48,132 bases of DNA, from positions 1-48,132 of the forward strand of contig JACOSU010000164.1 of NCBI GenBank assembly GCA_016178685.1, in the 5' to 3' direction. The notes under the pieces were generated by a model. It was given only the letters and a program-made list of their open reading frames with translations, ran no database searches and was not told the DNA's origin. The stretch is from Candidatus Eiseniibacteriota bacterium (GTDB lineage Bacteria; Eisenbacteria; RBG-16-71-46). This document shows positions 8,737 to 17,730 of the stretch, one piece after another (the stretch's first letter is position 1; each line of letters starts with the position of its first letter). A program made the position numbers and the translations under genes.

Positions 8737-11226
8737 ATGCGTTTTCCGAATCTCCCGATCGCCGCGATGACGCTCACCACGATCCTGATCGGACTGACTC
8801 CCGGCTCTGCAGCCGCGGCCTGGACCCACGATCCGTACACCAATCTTCCGGTCTGCGTCGCGACCAAGGACCAGTCGTATCCAGGCTGTGCGCCGGACGG
8901 GGTCGGAGGCGCGTACATCGCCTGGGAGGACTACCGGACGCAGGGCTCGACCGGGGCCGACATCTATCTGCAGCGCGTCACCCGCAACGGAGTCCCGGAC
9001 CCGGCGTGGCCGGTGAACGGCCTGCCGATCGTGACCCTCGCCGGCGACCAGAGATTCCCGGTTGCCGTCAGTGACGGAGCGGGCGGCGTGATCGTCGCCT
9101 GGGAGGACCACCGGGGCACGAACTGGGATATGTACGCCCAGCGCGTCTCGGCCGCGGGCGCCATCGTTTCGCCCTGGCCCGCGAACGGCGCGGCGCTCAG
9201 CACGCACTCCAATGATGACCAGGTTCCGACGATCGTGGGTGACGGGGCGGGCGGGGCGTACGTCGCGTGGACCCGGTATTACGGAGGCATCGACTTCGAT
9301 CCAATCGTCCAGCACGTCCTCGCGAACGGCTCGATCGCGCCCGGCTTCTCGACTTCTTCCGGAAATGATATCGACCCGGCAGGGACCAACGAGAGCGCCC
9401 CCGCCATCGCCTCCGACGATTCGGGCGGTGTCGTGGTGGCCTATCACACCAACGCGTCCGGGAACTTCAACATTCGCGTGGCGCGGCTCATAGCGAGCGG
9501 CGGGACGGCGCTGTGGAACGTTCAGGTGACCGCCGCCGCAGGCGTGCAGTCGGACCCGAGGATCGCGGCCGACGGCCACCACGGGGCCCTGGTGGTCTGG
9601 AGAGATTTGCGCTCTGGGAACTACGATGTGTACGGGAGTCACGTGATCGCCAATGGAAACATCGGCCCCGGCTGGAGCACCCAGGCCGACGGCCTCTTTC
9701 TGATCGGCACCGGCTCCGATGAAACCCCCGACGCGATCGTCTCGGATGGCGCCGGCGGGTTCTATCTCTACTGGAGCATTTGCTCGCTCTTATGTGCCGG
9801 CTACGTGACCCGCGTGGGGCCGGTCGGAGCCCTCGCCAGCGGCTGGTCGTCGAGCGGTATCCAGATCGGCGAGGACTCGGGCGGCCTCTCGGCGATTTCC
9901 GATGGCGCCGGTGGCTCGATCGCCGCTCTCTCGGGGATCAACTCCTCCCTAACCGCGTATGACGTCGCCGCGACCCGCGTCACGCCCTCGGGATCGATCG
10001 AAACCGGATGGACGTACCCCGAGACGATGGTCAGCACGTTCGGCAGCCCGGTCGGCCGTCCGGTCGCCGCGACCGATGGCAATGGCGGCGCGATCATCGC
10101 CTGGTCCGAACAGCGCGGAGGGCTCGACTACGACATCTACGCACAGCGGATCGAGAGATTCGGTCAGCTCGGCAATCCCGAGCCCACCATCGCGAGCGTC
10201 AAGGACGTGAAGAACGACCAGGGTGGCGAAGTGCGCGTGAGCTGGAACGCGAGCTACCTGGACGTCGATCCCACCGACGGCGTGTGGCAGTACCGCATCT
10301 GGCGGCAGGCGCCGGCGGCATCCGCGATGGCGGCGCTGCGCTCGGGCGCGGCCGTGCTCGAGGGCGAAAACGGCACCGACCTCGCAGCGGGCAACGGCGC
10401 CGCGAGCAGGTCCTCGCGACGCGTAATGCGGACCTCGATCGAAGCCGGGCAAGCCTACTACTGGGAACTGGTGGGAACGCAACCGGCAGCGCAGTTTCCG
10501 AGCTACAGTGTTGTGGCCGCAACCACCGGAGACTCGTTAGGCGGATCGAATCCTTACACGGTCTTTCAGGTGGACGCGGCCACGTACTATGGCACTCCCT
10601 ACTGGAGCAGCGCGCCCGACTCGGGCTACTCGGTGGACAATATTCCGCCGGTGGCGCCCTCGCCGTTCAGCGCCACCTACTCGCCGCCCAACGGCACGTT
10701 CGCGAGCTGGGGCGCGAACGGCGAAGCGGATCTCGCGGGCTACCGGCTCTATCGCGGCGCACCGCTCAACTTCACGCCGACGCCCGGCAATCGGATCTAC
10801 CAGGGCGTGGTGCCGAGCTACCACGACGCGACGAACAAGGCGTACATCTACAAGGTGTGCGCGTACGACATTCACGGGAACGAGGGCGGGTGCAGCACGG
10901 CGCAGCCGGCCGGGACGCTGGACGCACCGAGGGCGGGGCTGCCGGCCGAGCTGTCACTGGAGCCGATCACGCCGAATCCCTCTCGCGGAGAAGGAGCGAA
11001 CCTGCGCTTTGGCCTGCCGCGCGACGGTGTGGTGAAGTTCGCGATCTACGACGCGCAGGGGCGGCGGGTGAAGACGCTGGTCTCGGGCGAGCGGAGCGCG
11101 GGCTGGATCGATGAGCGCTGGGACGGACGCGACGAGTCGGGCGCGCGTGCTGCGAGCGGGCTCTACTTCGTGAGGCTCGAGGCGGTGGGGCGCAGGCTGA
11201 CGCAGAGATTTGTGCGGCTGGACTAA
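8737..11226 (+). CDS. secreted multidomain protein: signal peptide, 8 x ~55-aa repeats (predicted beta-propeller), NDQGG-containing domain, FN3-like domain, C-terminal FlgD-Ig/T9SS-sorting-like beta-sandwich
   Basis: The signal peptide ends AAAAW. D-G/D-x-G-G motifs fall at aa 54, 113, 169, 227, 279, 337, 389 and 447, each followed by W-x-D-x-R ... Y-x-QR. The C-terminal ~90 aa (LEPITPNPSRGEGANLRF...GLYFVRLEAVGRRLTQRFVRLD) resemble a Por/T9SS C-terminal or FlgD-Ig domain. Confidence 0.8.
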   Translation: MRFPNLPIAAMTLTTILIGLTPGSAAAAWTHDPYTNLPVCVATKDQSYPGCAPDGVGGAYIAWEDYRTQGSTGADIYLQRVTRNGVPDPAWPVNGLPIVTLAGDQRFPVAVSDGAGGVIVAWEDHRGTNWDMYAQRVSAAGAIVSPWPANGAALSTHSNDDQVPTIVGDGAGGAYVAWTRYYGGIDFDPIVQHVLANGSIAPGFSTSSGNDIDPAGTNESAPAIASDDSGGVVVAYHTNASGNFNIRVARLIASGGTALWNVQVTAAAGVQSDPRIAADGHHGALVVWRDLRSGNYDVYGSHVIANGNIGPGWSTQADGLFLIGTGSDETPDAIVSDGAGGFYLYWSICSLLCAGYVTRVGPVGALASGWSSSGIQIGEDSGGLSAISDGAGGSIAALSGINSSLTAYDVAATRVTPSGSIETGWTYPETMVSTFGSPVGRPVAATDGNGGAIIAWSEQRGGLDYDIYAQRIERFGQLGNPEPTIASVKDVKNDQGGEVRVSWNASYLDVDPTDGVWQYRIWRQAPAASAMAALRSGAAVLEGENGTDLAAGNGAASRSSRRVMRTSIEAGQAYYWELVGTQPAAQFPSYSVVAATTGDSLGGSNPYTVFQVDAATYYGTPYWSSAPDSGYSVDNIPPVAPSPFSATYSPPNGTFASWGANGEADLAGYRLYRGAPLNFTPTPGNRIYQGVVPSYHDATNKAYIYKVCAYDIHGNEGGCSTAQPAGTLDAPRAGLPAELSLEPITPNPSRGEGANLRFGLPRDGVVKFAIYDAQGRRVKTLVSGERSAGWIDERWDGRDESGARAASGLYFVRLEAVGRRLTQRFVRLD

Positions 11227-11341
11227 CTCCCGCCGCCGACCCATTCGCGTTGCGGGTTTCCGCGGTTCGCGCAGAGACCCGTGGCTCGGGAATCCGCAAA
11301 AACAGCCCGGAAACCCGCGAAAACTGCCCTGAAAATGGGCC

Positions 11342-11370
11342 TTTCGCTTTAGTGCCCAAATGTGTAGCAT
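11342..11370 (+). promoter_or_regulatory. possible sigma70-type recA promoter (TTTCGC-17 nt-TAGCAT)
   Basis: The -10-like TAGCAT lies at 11365-11370 and a weak -35 lies 17 nt upstream. Four phased A-tracts precede it at 11298-11335. Confidence 0.25.
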
Positions 11371-11469
11371 GTCTGTCATCGAATCGTGGCCCGTCGCGTG
11401 CGTACCTGCGAAGATTACATCGCGACCCGCCCCCGGTAACGAAACGCCCCTGCGAAGGAGACGCAGACG

Positions 11470-12678
11470 ATGAACTTCAACAACGCATCGCCCTCCGCCA
11501 AGGAAAAGGTCAAGGCCCTCGACCTCGCGCTTCAGCAGATCGAGAAGCAGTTCGGCAAGGGGGCCATCATGAAGCTGGGTGAGGAGTCTTCGAAGGTCGG
11601 CATCGAGATCATTCCGACCGGATCGATCGGCCTCGACCTGGCGCTCGGCGTGGGCGGCGTTCCGCGCGGCCGCATCGTCGAGATCTACGGCCCCGAGTCC
11701 TCGGGCAAGACCACGCTCGCTCTCACCATCATCGCGAACGCGCAGCGCGCGGGCGGCAACGCGGTCATGATCGACGCCGAGCACGCGCTCGACGCCGCGT
11801 ACGCGCAGAAGCTGGGCGTGGACATCGCGAACCTGCACGTGGCGCAGCCCGACACCGGCGAGGAGGCGCTCGAGATCACCGATCACCTGGTGCGCTCGGG
11901 CGCGGTCGACATCGTCGTGATCGACTCGGTCGCGGCGCTGGTGCCGCGCGCCGAGATCGAGGGTGAGATGGTGGACTCGCATGTCGGGCTTCAGGCGCGG
12001 CTCATGTCGCAGGCCCTGCGCAAGCTCACGGGCTCGATCTCGAAGAGCAGGACCACCGTCGTCTTCATCAACCAGATCCGCATGCAGATCGGCGTCATGT
12101 TCGGCAACCCCGAGACCACCGCCGGCGGCCGCGCGCTCAAGTTCTACGCCTCGGTGAGGCTCGACATCCGCCGCATCCAGACGCTGAAGGACGGCGAGCA
12201 GGCGATCGGCAACCGCACCAAGGTGAAGGTGGTCAAGAACAAGGTGGCGGCGCCGTTCCGCGAGGCCGAGTTCGACATCCTTTACAATGAGGGCATCTCG
12301 CGCGAAGGCGAGATCATCGACTTCGCGCTTGACAAGGGCGTCATCCAGCGCAGCGGCACGTGGTTCAGCTTCGGCGAGGAGCGGATCGGCCAGGGTCGCG
12401 AGAACGCGCGGCTCTTCATCAAGGAACACGCGGACATTCGCGCTCAGATCGAGGCGAAGCTGCTGCCTCAGCTGGGCCTGAAGAGCAAAGACGCGGGCGG
12501 CTCCGAGAACGGATTGGGCGCGAGCCCGGCCGCAGCCGAGAGACCCTCCGCGTTCCATGCCGCGGCAACCCAGGCGGGAACAGCCCCGGCTCGTCCCGCG
12601 ACGTCCGAACCGATCAAGAGCGGTCCGGCGCCGATGCGCCCCCGGCCCACGCTGGTCGCGAAGGACGGCAAGCGGTAG
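11470..12678 (+). CDS. recA: recombinase RecA with a non-acidic ~60-aa C-terminal tail
   Basis: Near-canonical RecA throughout: [75 protein letters not shown]. Confidence 0.98.
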   Translation: MNFNNASPSAKEKVKALDLALQQIEKQFGKGAIMKLGEESSKVGIEIIPTGSIGLDLALGVGGVPRGRIVEIYGPESSGKTTLALTIIANAQRAGGNAVMIDAEHALDAAYAQKLGVDIANLHVAQPDTGEEALEITDHLVRSGAVDIVVIDSVAALVPRAEIEGEMVDSHVGLQARLMSQALRKLTGSISKSRTTVVFINQIRMQIGVMFGNPETTAGGRALKFYASVRLDIRRIQTLKDGEQAIGNRTKVKVVKNKVAAPFREAEFDILYNEGISREGEIIDFALDKGVIQRSGTWFSFGEERIGQGRENARLFIKEHADIRAQIEAKLLPQLGLKSKDAGGSENGLGASPAAAERPSAFHAAATQAGTAPARPATSEPIKSGPAPMRPRPTLVAKDGKR

Positions 12679-12703
12679 CAAATGACCGCACGCGACGTGG
12701 TCG

Positions 12704-12739
12704 GGGCCCTCGCCCGGGCCCTCGCCCGGGCCCTCGACC
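12704..12739. repeat. 3 x 12-nt tandem repeat (gggccctcgccc) in the recA-recX spacer
   Basis: Units lie at 12704-12715, 12716-12727 and 12728-12739. The third unit has one substitution. Confidence 0.85.
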
Positions 12740-12752
12740 CGGCGGAGCCGCG

Positions 12753-13274
12753 ATGACGTTCGGCACGCGCCGGGCACGCCCCGCGGCGGGCGAGCGATCG
12801 ACCGATTCCGACGCCGCGCGGGAGGCGGCGCTGCGCCTGCTCGAGCGCGCCCTCCGTACGCGCTTCGATCTCACGCGAAAGCTGGGCGAGAGGGGCTTCG
12901 CCGAGGCGACGATTTCCGATGTGCTCGACCGGCTCGAGGGCGTGGGGCTGGTGGATGACGTCGAGTTCGCGCGTGCGTTCCTGGCCGGGCGCTGGGGCCG
13001 GCGCGCGGCCGGCTGGCGCAGGCTGGAGGCCGAGCTGCGGGGACGCGGCGTCGCGCCCGATGCGATCGCGCGCGCGCGCGAACAACTCGAAGAGCGTGTG
13101 GGCGCAGTGGACGAGGTCGCCGCGGCCCGCCGCGTGATCGAACAGAGCGCGCGGCGTTACGCGGCGCTCGATCCACGCCGCCGGCGTCAGTGGCTGTGGG
13201 CGCTGCTGATGCGTCGCGGATTCGACGGCGATGTGATCGAGCGGGCGCTCAGAGAAAATCCGCCCGAGGACTGA
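12753..13274 (+). CDS. recX: recombination regulator RecX
   Basis: 173 aa of Arg/Ala-rich helical repeats (AREAALRLLERALRTRFDLTRKL, DDVEFARAFLAGR). It lies directly downstream of recA. Confidence 0.85.
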   Translation: MTFGTRRARPAAGERSTDSDAAREAALRLLERALRTRFDLTRKLGERGFAEATISDVLDRLEGVGLVDDVEFARAFLAGRWGRRAAGWRRLEAELRGRGVAPDAIARAREQLEERVGAVDEVAAARRVIEQSARRYAALDPRRRRQWLWALLMRRGFDGDVIERALRENPPED

Positions 13275-13335
13275 GCATCGAAGGAGCACGCAGCGCGGCC
13301 ACCCGGTCCGATCCATCTCATTCGAAGGAGTAACC

Positions 13336-13761
13336 ATGCGGCGCGAAGCCACGGCGGTCTGGACCGGAGGGTTGAAGGATGGAAAGGGCTCACTCACGAC
13401 TCCGAGCGGGGTGCTTCGCTCGACACCGTATTCGTTCGGCATGCGCTTCGAGAACACTCCGGGCACCAATCCGGAAGAACTGATCGCGGCCGCGCACGCC
13501 GGCTGTTTCTCGATGGCGCTGTCGGGGCAGCTCGGCGAGGCCGGCCTGACCCCCGAGCGCATCGAGACCCGGGCGGCCGTGACGCTCGAGAAGACCGACG
13601 CGGGATGGACCGTCACGCGCTCGGCGCTCACGCTCAAGGTCCGCGTTCCGGGAGCGGAGCGCGCGAAGGTTCAGGCCGCGGCCGATGGGGCCAAGGCGGG
13701 CTGCCCGATCTCGCGCCTGCTGAACGCGAAGGTCACGCTCGAGACCACGATCGAGACCTGA
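13336..13761 (+). CDS. osmC: OsmC family peroxiredoxin
   Basis: 141 aa with two conserved Cys contexts (AHAGCFSMAL and AKAGCPISR). AAGGAG lies upstream of the ATG. Confidence 0.85.
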   Translation: MRREATAVWTGGLKDGKGSLTTPSGVLRSTPYSFGMRFENTPGTNPEELIAAAHAGCFSMALSGQLGEAGLTPERIETRAAVTLEKTDAGWTVTRSALTLKVRVPGAERAKVQAAADGAKAGCPISRLLNAKVTLETTIET

Positions 13762-13838
13762 GGCGGGGCGTGCGGTTCAAGGCGCCGGCTCCTCCGCCCG
13801 CCCGCCGATGCAGGTCGCGAAGCTCCTTCCCGCGCCTT

Positions 13839-14642
13839 CTACGTTCGCTCGGCCAGGTAGACCTTCGTCACGTAACGCATGACGACGCGGCCATTCTCAT
13901 CGCGATGGCGCTCGAACAGTTCATCCAGCAACTCGACCAGGCGTCTGAAGCGGGCACCCTCGCGAGGCACGTAGGAAGCGCTGATCGCGCGTCCCACCAG
14001 CCCGGCGCGATCCAGCACCTGCGTGTGATCGAACGTCTCGAGCCGGGCCGGCGTAAAGAGTCCTGCGGCGCTCACCACCTCGGGCTCGAACGAGCGGCGC
14101 TCGGCGGGATCCTCGCCGTTGACCGCGTGAATCGCCTCGATGTAGCCCCGCGTCAGCGGATCGTGGCCGTCGCGGCTGTTCCACATGATGCAGAGCCGAC
14201 CACCCGGGCGCAGAATGCGATGAGACTCGGCGATCGCCTCACGCTGACGGAACCAGTGAAACGCCTGCGCGCACATCACCAGTTCCACGCTCCCGGCGTC
14301 GAGCCCCGTCGCCTCTCCCGTGCCCGCGCGCCATTCGATCAGCGGATGCGGCGACCCGGCAGCACGCATCGCGGCGTTCGGCTCGATCGCGAGCACTCGA
14401 ACGCCCCGCTCCGCGAGCAGGCGCGAACTGATCCCCGTGCCGGCTCCGAGGTCGGCCGCAAGAATGGAACCTTGATCGCCGGTTCCGCGGAGTGTCCGCG
14501 CGTCGTCCATTTCGCGGAGCAGGCATGCCACAGCCGCGGCAGGGTAGGTCGGCCGGTAGCGCACGTAGTCCTCGGCCCGGTCGCTGAAGCGTCCGGTCGG
14601 GTCGAGATCATGGAGGGGAGGATCTGTCGAGTCGCGCGTCAT
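13839..14642 (-). CDS. class I SAM-dependent methyltransferase
   Basis: Motif I is DLGAGTGISS and the fold is Methyltransf_11-like. ATG at 14642 is preferred because GGAGA lies 5 nt upstream. A GTG at 14660 is the alternative start. Confidence 0.8.
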   Translation of the reverse strand: MTRDSTDPPLHDLDPTGRFSDRAEDYVRYRPTYPAAAVACLLREMDDARTLRGTGDQGSILAADLGAGTGISSRLLAERGVRVLAIEPNAAMRAAGSPHPLIEWRAGTGEATGLDAGSVELVMCAQAFHWFRQREAIAESHRILRPGGRLCIMWNSRDGHDPLTRGYIEAIHAVNGEDPAERRSFEPEVVSAAGLFTPARLETFDHTQVLDRAGLVGRAISASYVPREGARFRRLVELLDELFERHRDENGRVVMRYVTKVYLAERT

Positions 14643-14894
14643 GTGGGTCTCCGATCGCACCGGCGGTGAGCCACCCTCGCCAGCCTATCGCATCCGCGTC
14701 GTTCGCTGATCGCCCGGCTTTCGCCCGCTGAATTCACGTGCGATTTCGCACTCGGCTCTCCCGCATCTTTCCTGCGGTTTTCGCGCGCGCTCCGATCGGC
14801 TATCTTCTCGAACTTCAAGCGACTGCTCCGCCGTCCAAGCGCGCGCCGCCGTCGCACGCACTCGCGTCGGCCTGTGCGCAGAATCGGAGACCGG

Positions 14895-17645
14895 ATGACA
14901 TCGCCCGAAACCCAGTCGAGCGTCAGAACCGCAGCGCAGCTGCGCCGCGCCTTCCTCGACTATTTCATCAAGAACGGGCACACCGAGGTGCCGTCCTCGC
15001 CGCTGGTGCCGGGCGATCCGACGCTGCTCTTCACCACCGCCGGCATGGTGCAGTTCAAGCCCTACTATTCCGCGGCCGGCGACGTCCCGTACACCCGCGC
15101 GGTTTCGATCCAGAAATGCCTGCGCCTGACCGATCTCGAAAACGTGGGGCTGACGCCGCGCCATGACACGTTCTTCGAGATGCTCGGCAACTTCTCGTTC
15201 GGCCCTCGAGCGAAGGGCGCCTACTTCAAGGAAGAGGCGATCGCGTTCGCATGGGAGTTCGTGACCCACGTGCTGGGCCTGCCCCGGTCGCGGCTCTGCG
15301 TTTCGATCTTCGAGGGCGAGGGCACGCTGCCGCGCGACGAGGAAGCCATCGCGTTGTGGAAGAAGGTCGGGATGCCGGCCGATCGCATCGTGCCGCTCGG
15401 CCGCGCGGACAACTTCTGGGGCCCGGCCGGCGGCGCGGGCGCGTGCGGCCCGTCGAGCGAGATCTATTTCGACCTCGGCGAGAAGCGGCCCGAGTACCTT
15501 TCCGAGGGCGCGTTCTGGGGCGAGAAGCCCGGGGATGCCGGCGACCGCTACATGGAGTTCTGGAACCTGGTGTTCCCGCAGTACGACGCGCAGAAGGACG
15601 GCTCGCTCGAACGACTGCCGCGGGCCGGCATCGATACCGGGATGGGACTCGAGCGGCTCGCGCTCATCGTGCAGGGCAAGAGCACGATCTTCGAGACTGA
15701 CCTGTTCGAGCCGCTGGTGCGCCAGGTGCTGTCGCAGGCTCCCGCCGCGCGCGTCGCGGATCGGGATGGCGCGTCCGTCTCGGCGAAGGCCGCTCTCCGC
15801 GACGCGCGCATGATCGCCGATCACGTGCGGGCGCTCACGTTTGCGATCGCCGAGGGCGCGCTGCCCGGCAACGAGGGCGCGGGCTACGTGCTGCGCCGCC
15901 TGCTGCGCCGCGCGGGGACGCGCGGGAGATCACGGCAGAGCCTCTCGATCCAGCACGCGTTCCTGTCGTCGTGCGCGGCGACCGCGGTCAGGGAGTTTGG
16001 CGGTCACTACCGCGAGCTCGAGGAGCAGCGCGAGCGCCTGCTCCGCGTGCTCGATCAGGAGGAAGCGGGATTCACCGAGACCTACGAGACGGGCCTCGCG
16101 CGCCTCGAGCAACTGCTCTCCGGCGGGGCGAAGAGACTCACGGGCAGGGACGCGTTCGCGCTTCACGACACCTACGGGTTCCCGATCGAGCTCACCGAAG
16201 AGATCGCGGCGGAGCGCGGCGTGGAGGTGGATCGCACGGGATTCGAGCGCGCGATGGAAGAGCAGCGCCGCCGCGCGCGCGCCGCGAGCAAATTCGCGGG
16301 GGCCTCGGAATCCGGGAGTGCGCCCTGGAACGAGTGGACCGCGGGGCCCGATTCCCGCTTCACCGGCTACGAGCGGCTGGCCGCGGATCATCTGCACGTG
16401 AGGCGCTGGCGCGAGGCGGACGACGAACTGGATCTGGTGCTGGACCGCACACCCTGTTACGCGGAGTCGGGCGGTCAGGTCGCGGACCGCGGCCGCATCA
16501 CGGGCGAGGGCGCCGAGGCCACGCTGACCCGGATCTGGCGGGAAGGCGAATCGATCGTTCATCGCGTGCGGCTGGTCTCGGGCCATCGCGATCCGATGCT
16601 GCTCGCGGGGCGCGAGGGCCGGCTCCAGGCAGCGGTCGAGGTCTCGCATCGCGTGCCCACGCAGCGCCACCACACCGCCACGCACCTGCTCCATGCCGTG
16701 CTGCGCCACGAACTGGGCGCGCACGTGCGCCAGGCGGGCTCGCTGGTCGCGCCCGACCGACTGAGATTCGATTACACGCACTTCGAAGCTCCCTCGGCCG
16801 AACAACTCGCTTCCGTCGAGCGACGCATCAACGAATGGGTGCTCGCGGACCGCGCCGTCCGCTGGGATACCCTTCCGATCGACGAAGCGCGCTCGCGGGG
16901 CGCGACGGCGCTATTCGGCGAGAAGTACGGCGCCGAGGTCCGGATGGTCACGGTCGAGGGCGTCGAGGATTTGGGGCTCGCTCCGAGCCTCGAGTTGTGC
17001 GGCGGCACGCACGTCGGCCGCACCGGTGAGATCGGCGCGTTCGTCATCGTGAGCGACGGCGCGATCGCGAGCGGCGTGCGCCGCATCGAAGCCCTCTGCG
17101 GCCACCAGGCGCTGCGCCACTTCCGCGCGGAACGCGAGCTGCTCGCGCGCGCGGCGGAAATACTCCAGGCGAGTCCGGTGCAGCTGCCGGAACAGATCGG
17201 GAAGCTGAAGGGCGAGGTCGAGAGACTGCGCAAGACTCAGGCCGAGCTGCGAAGCGGGGAGCTCGCAAGCGAGATGGCGAAACTCGCAGAAGGCGCGATC
17301 TCCGCGCCCGGCGGCCGCTGGGTCGTGGCCAGCATCGAAGCGGACGCCGACGGAATCGCGGTGCGCGAAGCGGCCGATTCGCTGCGCTCGCGGCTCGGGC
17401 GCGGCGCGGCGCTGCTGGCCGTAGCGGGCGGCGGCAAACTCACGTTCGTGGCCGCGGTCACCGACGATCTGGTGGCCGGGAAGAAGCTGCGCGCCGACGA
17501 TCTGGTGCGCGCGGTCGCGAAGATCGCGGGTGGTTCGGGAGGCGGCAAGCCGCACCTGGCGCTGGCGGGCGCCAAGCAACCGGAGAAACTTGGCGAGGCG
17601 CTCGCGGAAGCGCGCCGCCTGATCCAGCACGCGCTGGGAGCCTGA
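14895..17645 (+). CDS. alaS: alanine--tRNA ligase
   Basis: FLDYFIKNGHTEVPSSPLVP...LLFTTAGMVQFKPYY, FFEMLGNFSFG, the editing-domain HTATHLLH and the C-terminal DHHA1-like GGGKPHLA. GGAGA lies upstream of ATG 14895. Confidence 0.97.
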   Translation: MTSPETQSSVRTAAQLRRAFLDYFIKNGHTEVPSSPLVPGDPTLLFTTAGMVQFKPYYSAAGDVPYTRAVSIQKCLRLTDLENVGLTPRHDTFFEMLGNFSFGPRAKGAYFKEEAIAFAWEFVTHVLGLPRSRLCVSIFEGEGTLPRDEEAIALWKKVGMPADRIVPLGRADNFWGPAGGAGACGPSSEIYFDLGEKRPEYLSEGAFWGEKPGDAGDRYMEFWNLVFPQYDAQKDGSLERLPRAGIDTGMGLERLALIVQGKSTIFETDLFEPLVRQVLSQAPAARVADRDGASVSAKAALRDARMIADHVRALTFAIAEGALPGNEGAGYVLRRLLRRAGTRGRSRQSLSIQHAFLSSCAATAVREFGGHYRELEEQRERLLRVLDQEEAGFTETYETGLARLEQLLSGGAKRLTGRDAFALHDTYGFPIELTEEIAAERGVEVDRTGFERAMEEQRRRARAASKFAGASESGSAPWNEWTAGPDSRFTGYERLAADHLHVRRWREADDELDLVLDRTPCYAESGGQVADRGRITGEGAEATLTRIWREGESIVHRVRLVSGHRDPMLLAGREGRLQAAVEVSHRVPTQRHHTATHLLHAVLRHELGAHVRQAGSLVAPDRLRFDYTHFEAPSAEQLASVERRINEWVLADRAVRWDTLPIDEARSRGATALFGEKYGAEVRMVTVEGVEDLGLAPSLELCGGTHVGRTGEIGAFVIVSDGAIASGVRRIEALCGHQALRHFRAERELLARAAEILQASPVQLPEQIGKLKGEVERLRKTQAELRSGELASEMAKLAEGAISAPGGRWVVASIEADADGIAVREAADSLRSRLGRGAALLAVAGGGKLTFVAAVTDDLVAGKKLRADDLVRAVAKIAGGSGGGKPHLALAGAKQPEKLGEALAEARRLIQHALGA

Positions 17646-17730
17646 CGCCGCGGGCCCCTCGAGGGCCGCGGCGCGAGGCGAAAACTCCGCATCGACGCGC
17701 GGCTTCGAATCCCGCGCGCGGAAAGGATTC

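Noticed and set aside
11371-11469. LexA/SOS box in the recA leader (CTGT-N8-ACAG, CGAAC-N4-GTTCG and GTTC-N7-GTTC types).
   Set aside because: Only weak partial matches were found (for example CGAATCGTGGCCCG). None has a convincing palindrome.
14731-14751. A TTCACGTG core resembling a parS half-site, and the adjacent GTGCGA-tt-TCGCAC inverted repeat, in the methyltransferase/alaS divergent spacer.
   Set aside because: Only about 9-10 of 16 positions match the parS consensus TGTTTCACGTGAAACA. The 6-bp inverted repeat is too short to interpret; it may be an operator, but there is no supporting evidence.
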